Shown piece after piece: positions 34,136-46,849 of a DNA stretch of 64,000 nt. Source of the stretch: Setoptus koraiensis (Eukaryota > Animalia > Arthropoda). The stretch's first letter is position 1. The number at the start of each line of letters is the position of its first letter. The stretch is taken from contig CM106585.1 in the NCBI GenBank assembly GCA_048013815.1, forward strand, positions 4,774,001 through 4,838,000, written 5' to 3'. The notes under the pieces were generated by a model. It made no database searches. It had not been told where the DNA came from and saw only the letters and a program-made list of their open reading frames with translations. Made by a program: the position numbers and the translations under genes.

Positions 34136-35946
34136 GTTGTCGAAATTAGTAATATACTGTGGTATAGATATGCAATGTTGTTAATAATATTTGTGAGGTC
34201 AAGTAATAGATCACAATGACGGTAGTACGATAATAATAGTAGTAGGTCCTCAAATGGTAGTAGTCACATCAGTTGTTTGTTACACAATTAGCTAGAATAT
34301 TCCAGTTAAGTACCACAATAAAAATGTGACTCACACCATCACAAGTGTTAATTTTTACGCTACTGCTGCGACCTCTACGTGAGTGTTGTACTTGGAAAAG
34401 TTTATAGTGATCACCTCTATTGAACTGCACGGTACAGCCTGTATTACTACGGCAGTAACTTGTTCACTACAATTGTGATTCATCATTAATTTCTGGTTGG
34501 TATCATTTCGTCGACTGTATGCTTTCAACGACAAATCAACTTCATAGGGCCGGAATGTGAACGAAACTTAGCATACCGAAAATTCAAAATAACCTCGACA
34601 ACGACAGAAAAAAGTTTGACTTTGATAATTTTTTCCAAATTGAGCATGCATGATACCTATTCCACATATTTCATCTAGTTATATTTGATGCCATATTCCG
34701 TCATTCTTTGGCTGCACAAAATAGTGCGTCCAATCTGGTTAGGTGCGCATGAGAGAGCACGCACTAATTTGTGAAAATTTCTAAATTCGATAAAAATGAA
34801 AAAGGACAAGTATATGTATCCATTTTGCTCAATCCGAGTCATCGTCAATCAACATGAATCACACACGAGACTGGCCTCAGGGTGGGTTAACAAGTTGGCC
34901 ATCGCCACTCGAGGGATGTCGGGCATTTGGCAGCCCTATCTCTCTTAAGAAGACCATCTCATCATTCCGAGGGATGATCGTTGAGGTGAGTTGCCGTTGG
35001 AAAGTATTTCGCTGATTTAAAGCTGTCGCTGAAGTGATCGTCGTTGTTTTCAAGACCGAGCAGCTGTAGTATAGTCAAGAACCTGTCGTTGAAGCGAATG
35101 AGTCTGTACGTTCGTCGAAATATCAGCGTTTGTACATGCGTGCATTGTAAAAGAGTGTAGCCCATGAATCATATAGCCGCAATTGTGTTCATTTTAAAGT
35201 GATTCACTCTAGCGAAAAAAACGTGCGCCTGATTTTCCTTCGGGCTAGTCTGCCTTTCAGTGAAAACATACGCAAATAATAAAACATTTGTCACAAGATA
35301 TCCTTATGTAATATGCGTTTCAAGGCCCGAAATACATTGTATTCATAAATTTATTATTTATATCGTTATGATAAATACATCACTGTCCTAAGCACTATTT
35401 TGAAATCGTTGAGGCATGTCAAGTCGGATTCATTATCGATTAATTTAGACACATTAGAAGAAAATGTATCAAGTCAGTGCCAAAATGATCAAATGAAAGA
35501 TATATCAAGGACTAGCAATATATTAACGATATTCAATTCAAATTCAATTATCTCAGGCTAACTACTTCTAGTCAAACGAGAACAGAATAGCTAGACTATT
35601 TTTTCTAAACAATTCCTCCACTATCTCTATCAAAGGATTTTTATTGTATGATGCAAACTCATAAATAAAAAAGGACATAGCGACCGTACCAAGAAGAGTC
35701 CGAAGCCCCAGAAATTTGTTTATCAAGTTTTCTATAATTATACTTGCTATTTTTACTATTGAAACATTGCCAGCGTTTTAGATTTATTGTAATACACACT
35801 ACAATCAATATTCGTCAGATGGAATGCAAAGAATCAAAATTAATTGTCAAACTACCAGACGTAGACTATACTCAACAATCCTTAATAAGTTTGTAATATA
35901 CATGGCCCTAACTACATTGGTATTATACTGCTAAGATTTACACCAG

Positions 35947-38730
35947 ATGATTCATGTTATGTTCTTCGAATCAATCAATAGCAAAAGTTGCCTATACTGT
36001 TTACGCCATGCCTGTGGTACTATCATCCTCATATCGTTCATCGTTTCATGTGCCATGACCCTCACTAGAAGCCCTTACGACGTACTTGGAGTTAGTAAGC
36101 ATGCAAGTCAGGAACAAATAAAACGATCTTACAAAGATCTGGCAAGAAAGTTACATCCTGATAAAAGTAATCTAAGTGAAACAGAGTCCGAATCTAGATT
36201 TATAGAGCTCAATCAGGCTTTTACACTGCTCAAAGATCCCGAAAAAAGAAAGAGATATGACCAAACGGGTGAAACAGAGGACTCACCACGACATCAACGA
36301 CGTCGATCTGATATGGCTTATGGTCAGAGAGGATTCAGGACTTTCACTTTTCACGACGGTCATGCGACATTTGAATTCAAATTTGATTCTAATGTTAACA
36401 GTGCATTCAGAAAAAACTCAGTCAGTGCTAGACAATATTATCAGCAATACTTACCTCTGAGTAGAAAGAAAGTTCTATTCATATTTCTTTATTCAGACTT
36501 TTGTCAATTGTGCAATCTGATCGAGCCAACTTGGACTAAACTATCAGCAGAATTGGAGAAATATGGTATAGGATTCATCACGTTAAATGTCCAGCTCGAA
36601 CCACAGCTTTCGCGTGATCTTGGAGCCACCAGTATTCCATATATAGTCGCTCTAGTGGATGAGAAAGTTAGACATTATCATTATAACGATATAACACTTG
36701 CCAATCTAATTGAGTTCACGAAAAGTATTCTTCCCTCCAATTTAATACTACAGCTGAATGATGATAGCGCCCAAGACCGGTTCATATCATCGGCAACGCA
36801 GAATAATAGATTGCGCGCATTGATTATTAATAGAGAATCACGCCTAAAACTGAGATATCTACTAATAGCTTTAGAATTTAGAGATAGGTATCAATTTGGA
36901 CATGTATCGACGAAACAATCACAACATAAACTACTTATGGACGAATACAAAGTCAACGATGAGTATCCCACAATTTTGCTATTCGATGAAGACTACCAGC
37001 GACCCATCAATCGTTTGCATGTTACCAACAACCGAGAATTTCAGAGAGATGATGTAAGAGAGCTTCTACTCAAGCAACAATATCTCCAGTTGCCACGAAT
37101 AACATCTCAAAGTATGCTGGATGATTTATGCATTGACTTATCCGACGGTACACAAATACAAAGAAAGTTGTGTGTCGTACTTCTTGCTAGTAACATTCCG
37201 AAGAATGAGCCTACCCGGACAATGCTCCGAAAATTCATCAAATTTCATGGATTTCATCTTGATAAAAGCATTGCTTTTGCTTACATGGATCCTATGAAGC
37301 AAGAAGATTTCGTTTCATCATTGATGGAAGATGTAAATTCATTACCTGCGTCAATGAAAGAAACGCCTATGCATTCAATCTTTGTTTTGAGAAAACTATT
37401 CAATGATGACTATAGGGCCAAATATAGCTGGGTGAAGCACAAATGGGATGTTTCTAGTATAGACGAATTGGACCGAGCGAAATTAGATTTATTGAAAATA
37501 ATCAATGTTTTCAGACGAGATAAAGTTGATCTTCCATTCAAGGCGGCCCTCAGGCCTATTGAAGATGAAGAAGCGCCAAGTTTGTTGAAACGTATCGAGA
37601 TGAAAATTGTGGACTCTGCTGAACGACTCTATCGTTGGATTACCAAGAAAGATGGTTTACATATTTTGATACTGATATCTCTCACAGTAGTGATGTTAAC
37701 CTATTACATTATAAGGTTTTTCCGTGATGAGATGAAAGGTTTCAAAGAATTCGCGGAAAGTGATCAATACAAGTCAAGCTCAACAAGAAATACTGGCCAG
37801 GGAAAATATAAATCTGATATAGATTCCGGAGCCAGAACGAGTAAACGGTTGGAAAATGATGTGAAGTTGATAGAGTTGAAAGCGGAGACGTATAATGGTC
37901 TTATCAGGCTTCTCAAACCCGGTTGTCGCTCTATCATATTACTCTGTGATGCCAAATCAGAACAAAAACTATTACCTCTTTTTGCAAATATAGTTCGTCC
38001 CTATAGAAGGTAAGTGATGGACGATGTATTGTCATTTGATGATTAATTTATTTGAACAATATCTTACTCGAATCGATCTATGTTCTAATTATCATTACTA
38101 TTTGTGCAGAAATAAGTCACTACTGTTCGGTCACCTCAGGCTGGAAAAGAATCTCCCCTGGTATGAAAGTCTATTATCTCAAGCCATCGGAAGCCCAAAC
38201 ATGCAAATAAATGCCAAAAACTGTATCGGTACTGTGTTGTCATTGAATGGATTTAGAAAATATTTTTGTGTCTACCATGTGAAACATATTGAACCAAAGC
38301 CTTACGAGGTAAGTGCATAAGGCAAAATTTTTCGATGATTGCATAGATTGATATCCATAATAATCCCTAATATTCAATCACTCTGATTGAATGTTTTCTT
38401 TCATCACAGGATGACGATGGATCATTTCTTGGCTTCGACCACGTTTCGCCGAAATTGCACTCTACTGACTCAATTAGTGATAACTTTTATCAAGGAAATA
38501 CTGAGAAAATGAAATTTTTCACTGAATCTAATCCTGACGCCAGCAGTATCGATAGTGAAGCCGAACAACAAGCACATGATGATAGCCATGTTGACTACCG
38601 AACTAATCAAACTGCCATGATGATGGAAACGGAAACTCTGTTGAACAACCTTCCAAATTGGTTAGATAAGATGTTTGACGGTATAACGCGACGTTATCAC
38701 ATAGATTACTGGCCAGATAATTTACGTTAA
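35947..38730 (+). CDS. DNAJC16: DnaJ homolog subfamily C member 16, 3 exons: 35947-38009, 38110-38308, 38410-38730 (860 aa)
   Basis: J domain PYDVLGV...LHPDK...DPEKRKRYD; thioredoxin-like YSDFCQLC; TM helix; IELKAETYNGLIRLLKPGCRSIILL; C-terminal WLDKMFDGITRRYHIDYWP. Two frame-preserving GT-AG introns. Confidence 0.9.
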
Positions 38731-39785
38731 TTGTCTCTCGTAAACACCATTAGTATTGGATGCTTGGATGATGTATTATACCTAGATTGGCGTTTAATTT
38801 CAGGAATCATTGTTTCCACTTCTAGGAAGCCAAATATAGTAGAAGTCAGGAGAGTGTATCGATGTCATGCTCTGCATACCTTTCTATAACTGTACGTTAT
38901 GAACAAATCGTTGTGCGAGGGAATCACGAGGGAACATTAAGAATATTACATCATATTCCCATTCGTTAGAGGAAAAAACCAGGAACTCTCTCGCGAGAAC
39001 TCTTGGATTATGGAATACAACGTGCGCCCAACTAACGTATATAATCGAAAGGCAGCCTAGACCATAATAAACTAGCAACCACACGCACAATTTCACGATC
39101 ACGCTACGTAATTTGGCTTCTCTTTCTTTGCTTCTATGTTTTACACAATTGGCAAATGAGTTGACAAAAAATATGGAATTCTACTGTTGTCGAGGCCAAA
39201 TGAATAAATTCTTCCGATTAATATAGACCTGTCTCGCTAATGGGCGATAATACTCTCTTATCTCGTTGACGTTGCTTTTTCGACTCGGAGTGGTCTCACA
39301 GAGAATTTTGAGACTCCCTTTTGCAGTCAAAACGAATCTTGTTCGCATAAAAAGAGAATGATTTTCAGACTCGACCAACAGATAGTGTTTTCAGTTCGTT
39401 TTGATGCACTATGACCATTAAATCGAGTCCTTGAACTATATATTCATTGCATCTGAACTACAAGCAGAACCATAGCAACACGAGCATATATTGGGCCAGT
39501 CATTCTGCAAATATTGATTCTTATCTGCAATAGTTGGAACGCGTTGTTTTGAGGCTCACGCACTTGCATAATGATAGTCTTTGTGTCATGCAAATTTTTT
39601 ACTACTGAGGGCTATATTCTTCAGATAGTTCAGTTGTTTGTGCACGTAGAAAATAAAGAATTGATTCATATCTTCGCATCGTAGTAGTGTGCCAACAATA
39701 GAAGACATGTCATCACTGCAATAATAGCGAGCGAGAGAAAGAGAGGGACAGTTTTTGTGTGATATATCCGCCAACTAGTGCAACT

Positions 39786-41489
39786 ATGAAGGTCCACCAA
39801 AGAAATGGTGGCGGTACCGCACCGCCGGCGGAAAAGTGTTTGTTTCATGGCGCAAATCACTTATCGCAGCTATTACGATACAATCTGGTACCAGTGGGTT
39901 ATTTGTATCGTCAAAACAAGAACACGCTGGGGCCCAGAAGGAAGCGAAAATTCATAATATTTATATCATTTTTAGTGAACAGTATATTGCCATTCAGACA
40001 GGCTATGATTGCCATCTTTTTTCTTACACCAAGCGCACCGGATCAGTTGACAACATCACCGGTGTTACAGCATCAAAATGAAGCCATCAACAGCACTAAT
40101 ACCAGCATTAGTGTTGGCGCTATGGCAATTACAGCGACCGTAGACCCTACTCAATCGCCAGTGATTTATTACACGTTTTTTTATTTGCCCCTAACGGTGT
40201 TCGCCAAACATATGATAATGTGGCTATATCCTTGTATATTGCATCATGATTCAATAGTGACAATATTGGCCAGTAATTATTATAATTTAATTGACAAACA
40301 GAGACAGATAAGAGTGGCGAGAATGTCATTCATGATAGTGTATAGTGGCGAGCTTGTGTACGCATTGGGATACGGAATCTGGTACTCAAACTCTACGCAA
40401 ATTAAGGACTCTACTTTCAGGTATGCGTACTCGGTAATATTGTCACTGGTCGTGTTATATTGCAACATAAACGCCGCTTCCGCAACAATGTACCTGTGCT
40501 ATATGGGCTACTTAATTGGTCAAAATGTCAAGCGATTCTCCGAATTATACATAGAGAATATGTTTAATAATGACGCTATTGATGAGGATAAATCAACGCC
40601 GCTCACTCAATTTCTCACTATAACCACCGCCGATTTGGCCACTGACACCAGTAACTCGGAAATAGTTAACAGCGCCGACTATCATCGTTTGTTTGGCGGT
40701 GTCGGCGATAAAACAGCGGACGCTATTATGCATGCAATTAAATTGCGAGATCCCGACGATACAAAACGGCTGACATTGTTGAATAGTGGCACGAACAATT
40801 TGCCCTCTATAACAGCAACAATTGTTGGAATGACGGCACCCACAGCGGCAATAATACAGGCCGATCAAGAGACAATGTTACTGTTGGCCGCGTCAGGTCG
40901 CACCGACGGGCTGCACAACAGTTTGACCAGTGTCGGACAAAATGCCGGTAGTATTGCTGAGGTGACCAATAGAGACCGCATGGACGACAGTAAATTGAGC
41001 AGACAATTGGATAGACGAACAGCTTTGTTGTTTAGGCAAAACAATCAATTGATTAGATCCAGATTGAGGCGCACGGTGAAATTGCTGGGCAAAATGAAAG
41101 ACGACCTAATCAATCTCAACCGAGCAGTGTCGCCCATATTTGCGGTCAGTCTGTTACATAATTGCCACTTTATATTGTTGTGCGTCAGTTTGACCGTGAC
41201 GGCCATATCGGATTCGGGCAACGAGGGCATGCCCCTCAGCATAGCGATCTGTGTGCCACTGGTGATGTCATTTACCATATACGTGTTGCAAAATTGCATT
41301 TGTTTGGGTTCTGTGCCTAGCGAACTGAACCTAATGATGAACAGAATGTTTGACGCCATTGTGACCAATCAGAGCCTGAAACACCAATCATTGAACAGCA
41401 ACAAGCATCGCCAGCAGCAGCAACGACAACAACGACAACAACAACAACAGCAACATCAACAACAACAACAACAACAGCAACATCAACAA

Positions 41490-41520
<31 letters not shown>

Positions 41521-41538
41521 AACAGCAACAACAGCAGC

Positions 41539-41569
<31 letters not shown>

Positions 41570-42002
41570 GCAACAACAGCAGCAACAGCAACAACAACAA
41601 CAACAACAACAGCAACAACAAGAGGGCAGTGCCCAGTTGCTGAAAGTCGACGGAAGCGACAGCAATAGCGCACCACAGGTGACCAATCGACAAGCGAGGC
41701 TAACAAGTGCCGCTGTTGTTAATGAACACCAAATTAAGCCGTCGTCCATTGCTGGCGTGTCATCGTCAGCTGGCGGTGACAATCACAACGCTGACCACGA
41801 CAACGACGACGACGGCCAACTTTGCGAAACCTGGAGCCAATACAAATACGCCCGGGAATTATCGGATAGTATTTATTTTAATGTGAGCGGCATAACGCCA
41901 ATTAGTCGGCGCGTTGTGCTGTCAATATTCGCCCATGCCTTGTCAATGTTGTTCATATCGATAGAATTGTTGCGTATATTTGCGCCCAACAAAACCGGCT
42001 AG
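39786..42002 (+). CDS. Gustatory-receptor-like 7TM ion channel superfamily protein, intronless, 738 aa, with expanded loops
   Basis: Seven hydrophobic segments in GR-like spacing: LNRAVSPIFAVSLL at TM5, a long loop after TM4, and a C-terminal YFNVSGITPISRRVVLSIFAHALSMLFISIEL resembling the GR TM7a/7b signature. The canonical TY..L.Q is altered. First ATG at 39786. Confidence 0.62.
41412..41621 (+). repeat. CAA/CAG coding microsatellite, 70 codons (66 Gln; 46 uninterrupted at 41484-41621)
   Basis: Direct codon count within the GR-like ORF. Confidence 0.97.
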
Positions 42003-44046
42003 CTCGACTGTTGACATTTATGCATGGCGCCGTGGTCATAGTTGTGGCGACACGTATTACCCTAATACGTATTACGGCCATTGGGGCCCCACTGATGCCG
42101 CCGCAATCGGGATTGTTATTATTATTGCGTGATTCAGGCGACCTTGAGACAAAATAAACAAGCTCCATGTCTGATCAACTGATCAACCAGTTGACTAATT
42201 AACTAATTAACTAATTAACCAATCAACCAATTATCCAATTAACCAAATAACCGTCTATTGTGTGATCAATATGGAGGGCGGTTGAGTTGTGCGTCGCAAC
42301 GACGATTGCGGGTTTAGCGCCGCATCGTTGCGGCTCACTGCTCAGTAACAGTCGGTGCCCGCCGGAACAGAGAGGGCGCAGCGGGCCGAGAGAGAGAGAG
42401 AGAGGGAGACAGTGAGAGGGAGTGAAAGAGGGAGAGCTGGCAACAGCGAGCACAACAAACAAACGACAAGCGTGCCCATTTTGGACGGGCTGGCCCCCCA
42501 GACAGACGGGCCCCGGACAGACCGGCCCGGCTGCTGGCGAGCGGCAGCGGCACCGACGGCGGCAACAACGACAGCGCCAGCAATTGTATCAAACAGTTGA
42601 TAGTTTGAAAAGTTTCGCCGCCTGATTAATGACAACACGACATTGTGCCTATTAATCTAACTGACTGGGCCCAACTATTTAACTGTTTATTGCTGGCCGT
42701 GGCAGCGCTGCCACTTGCCACTAACGATGCTCGCTGGCTTGATATGCTGGCGGCCCGACGCACAGCGAGCGATGCGTTATCTCCCGACTGGCAATTGTCG
42801 TCGTGGTAATTTGACCAGAGCCTCATTGGGACCAGTTACATAACACTGCTCATGGCGCGGATAATTTGCCGCTGGCTGCGTGGGTCGGCTCGCGAGCCAA
42901 GCGCCAGGCGATGCCGAAACACACCCAAATATGCGGCGCCTAGCGAGCGGTGACGGTGCACGTGTGCAATATGCCCGCTCGCGGCACGCGCCCGTGCACT
43001 GATTTCGTGGGGCACAATAATTGGCCGGCCGACCTTACAAGTTGCTGTGTCGAGTCACCTGTGCGCGTGTTGCACCTGTGCGCGCTTTGCTGGGTGCGCA
43101 CTTTCTGGCATTTTGTGTGCTGTGGGTATTTTTGTCTGTGCGAGCGCGTTGGCCCGAGGAGCGCCGGGCCAATTGCGCCCTCTCGGGCCCCGTCGGGCGG
43201 CCGCTTGTGATGGCGCGATGCGAGTGGCAACCATTAATCAGCCATCGCAGTATAAATAGCTCATTTATTTGTTGCTGCGTGCGCCGTCTGCATTTAAATA
43301 CCCAGTTGATTATAGCGTACGGTTGTTGGTATGACGCAACTTGTATGCACGGCACAGTTTTGTCACAATTTTGGCACCTTTTGCCGTGCGCCGCGAGCAA
43401 GTGTCGCGGTGCTTGCGGTGTGGCCGCGAGCGGCCGAGTGGCGCGCGGCGTATGGCGTGTCGGGCCGCCAAGTGCCGGCGCAATTGTGCAAGTGTCAGCG
43501 GTGTGAACGGGACCCGAACAGCTCGCGCCAACTCTGGTGCGCAACAAAGAATCGCTCGCCGTTGTCGGCGTGGTCGCCGTTGCCGCCGTGCTCGCCGTTG
43601 CCACTGTTGTCGGTGTCGCTGGTGCGGCGGTCGCGGGCCGACTCGGGCCGCGGCGGACATGCGAAGGAACGACTAATTGATTTGTCGCTGGCGCGCGACA
43701 CAAACAAGCGTCTTACTGCGCGTGCTGTGCGGCCCACTGACTGGCGGCGCCGCAACGGGTCGCAACATGACAAGGTCGCCGTAATTGCTGTGTGTCCGGA
43801 TTAATCGGGCCTCGTTGTCGCTCGCCGAGGGCGCCCATTATTTGTTGCTGTCGGCGAGCTTGCCGCTGGCAAGCGGCCAGCGGGCGGCAACCTGGCCGAA
43901 GGGGCGCACATTTGCGCGCTGGCCAGCGCGCGATTGAGTGGCGGGGCGCCAAGTGTTGAATTGAAGTTGTCGTCGTGTTGGTCGCTGCGTTGGTCGTTGT
44001 TTCGTGCAGCGGCGCCGACACGGCGGCTGCAGGGGCCAGTGCACGC

Positions 44047-44192
44047 CAACAACAACACCGACAGCGACGACAACAACAGCAACGACGACAACAGCAGCAA
44101 CGACAACAGCGACGACAACAACAACGACGACGACAACGACGACAACGACGACAACGACGACAACTACAACGACAGCGACAACAACAGCGACA
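44047..44192 (+). repeat. Compound AAC/GAC low-complexity microsatellite
   Basis: Mixed caa/cga/cag triplet run; it produces the spurious poly-T, poly-D/N, poly-Q/R and poly-V ORFs in the track. Confidence 0.9.
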
Positions 44193-44844
44193 AGACAGCC
44201 CAATTTGGACGACGTGATTAACTTGTGTACAAGTGACAGGCGGGCGACACTGATTGACAGAGGCACACGAGCGACGCGCACACAAACCGGACAAATCAAC
44301 GGGGCCCAATATTAGGCGCTTGCCGGGCCCAAGATTGCGCCATTAAAGCATTAGATTATTATAGAGCTGGCGCAGTGTGTGTGCATTGGCTGAAACACAG
44401 TTTAACTATTTATTATTATTGCCGCTGCCGTGCTCTGTTACATAATATTCATTGTTCATTGTTTATATAGTTTGCTCAATTAAGCGGCCACTGGCCGCCA
44501 GCCAAACGGCCCCAAGCCGTACAACAAAATACAGTTAAACAGTCATAGTTGTAGCCAGAGCTATACGGCAACAACATGACATTGGCGACATGCACCGACG
44601 GCTCTTGTTTTGCACAACGACAGTGCAACGACAGGGGCACTCCGGCACGTAGTTGCACCGCGCAAATGGCGGATATTTATTTGCAGTTGTGCTGGTTGTG
44701 CGCAGCAGTGGGGCACAAAATTGCTGGAAAGCTCGCTGCGCGCCAACAACTAAAACGCACACACACACATGTAAAGTAAATGATATATAAAGTATAAATA
44801 TATAAACCGAGTATAAATATATACTCGGTGGCAACATTGTGCAC

Positions 44845-44914
44845 AATGTCGCCCAGCCAACGCGCAAATGTTGCCCAGCCAACGCGCAAATGTTGCCCAG
44901 CCAACGCACAAATG
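44845..44914. repeat. 22-bp tandem repeat, about 3 copies
   Basis: gcccagccaacgc recurs at 44851, 44873 and 44895. Confidence 0.9.
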
Positions 44915-46790
44915 ACATTTATTGCGCGTGTACAGTTACATGTTACGTAATTTGTTTCATCTTCATCTTGTTCGCGGCAGTGGGCACCATTTGGCGTTTG
45001 GGTCGCGCAGTGGCCATTAGTAGTTTACGACTTGTTTAGTAGCTGCACAGTGGCGATAATCAAAGCGACTAGACAAATAGATCGCATAGATCAAATAGAT
45101 AAAGCAGATATGTCTCTCAAGTGCCACCGGCGGCCACTGTGCGCAGCAATGGCGTCACTTGTCACGAGCCGCCGCTTTATGTGAACAGTGTATGTAGGCG
45201 CGCTGTTATGTAACAGTTTTATCATCGTTTGTGTCTGCCAGTATGCAGATTAGATGCGTCGTTGTCGGTGTCGTCGGTGTCGTTGTCTGCCTCGTTGTCT
45301 GTGTGCTCGCTGTTGTTGTCCACGTCGGTGTCCACGTCGGTGTCCACGTCGGTGTCTATGTCGGTGTCCACGTCGGTGTCTATGCGGTTGTGGCGCTATG
45401 GTCGATAGTCGCAGTGAGCAAATGGCTGGCCGGTGGCCGCTCGAACGGGATCATCAATATTATTTATAACTATGGCGCAGTATACAGCCAGCTAATAGAC
45501 AGCCAGCAACAAGCACAACAGCCACTGGCGACAGCGCTGACAATGTTGCTGGACAGTGTTGTTGGACAATGTTGCTGAACAATGTTGCGCCCGACACTCA
45601 TAATTACATTGGCTGTTGACCGCTGACCGCTGACCATTGACCGTTGCGTCATAATCAACTTGCATCACTGTTACATAACAGTGCAGCGGCAACAGCGCCA
45701 ACAGCGCCAACAGCGCCAATGCAGCGCCCAACGACGCCAATAAACGAGCCAATTGCTGCAACATTGTGACAGCGATGCTGCAGCCGGGCGGCCCAACAAA
45801 TTATATCTGGCGCATTGCACAACGACCACAATTGTTGCCGCACCAAACTCGCCAATGTGGCTCGCTTGAGGCGGCTTGAGACGCGCGTCTCATCGTCTCG
45901 AGCCATCTATCATCATGATAGTATCGTATAGCAGTTATACAACATGCATTTGTATCAGTGCTTTGGTCACCAAAGTTTGGTGCTCGATATGAGCATCGAA
46001 CAGCAGATATGACCACTGCAGTGTGAGCTCGCCAGCCGCCACAAATGTAAATCAGTGCGCCGGCCTCAATTGCTTGGGTTGGTTTGGCCAGCCAGTCATC
46101 ATTAGCTGGCCACTTTATCTCGCTGGCGGCCAGTAGATGTTGCCTTTGTCTTGATTTACTGTCAACATTCACCTGTGCTTGCTTTTAGCCCAATGCGCCT
46201 GTCGCCGGCTCGCCGCCCAACAAACAACTCAACGCCACAAACAAACGTCCGATACAAACAAACGTTTGGTACGGACAAACGTTTGTATGTGGACGAGACT
46301 AACGGTTGTTGTCGACAACAACTACTTGTTATCTTGTGCCCACTCGTGCACCAACCGTCCACAACAACCGACCAACTGACCGCTGCCTGGCTGACCTGCG
46401 ATACGGGCCCGCATATATTGTCACCTTTTATTATCGACTGACTTTTGTTGTTGCACCGGCCCCCCCCCCCACTCAGGCCGACCATCAATAATGGCGGCTA
46501 ATCTGTTTTGGCCAGGCCAGGTCGGCTTTTGTGTGGCTCGCTCGCCGATCGCCATTCACGACGTGAGTGCCCGACGAGGCACCTTGGACAAAACTCGCCA
46601 GCGGCCGCGACCAACGAAACGCCGTCTAGTGGCAAACGCAACAGTGAGGCGCAAATGAAGAAATTGTTTCATGGGCCCCATTTGCGGCACGAGCACGATC
46701 ATCTGCGCCTCTATGAACGAACAGATCGGCCGGCCCGTCTGGTGACCGGCGGACGGCCGGCCGAGTGGGTCGGCCGACCATAGCCGGCAA

Positions 46791-46849
46791 CAGACGACGA
46801 CAGACGACGACAGACGACGACAGACGACGACAGACGACGACAAACGACG
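46791..46849. repeat. 10-bp tandem repeat (CAGACGACGA)x5 plus a partial copy
   Basis: Five exact copies at 46791-46840. Confidence 0.95.

Noticed and set aside
42660-42810. Neuropeptide-precursor-like exon (LLLAVAALPLA...RR...DWQLSSW before a GT)
   Set aside because: No in-frame ATG or convincing acceptor, and the Trp spacing does not fit the W-x6-W MIP/allatostatin-B pattern.
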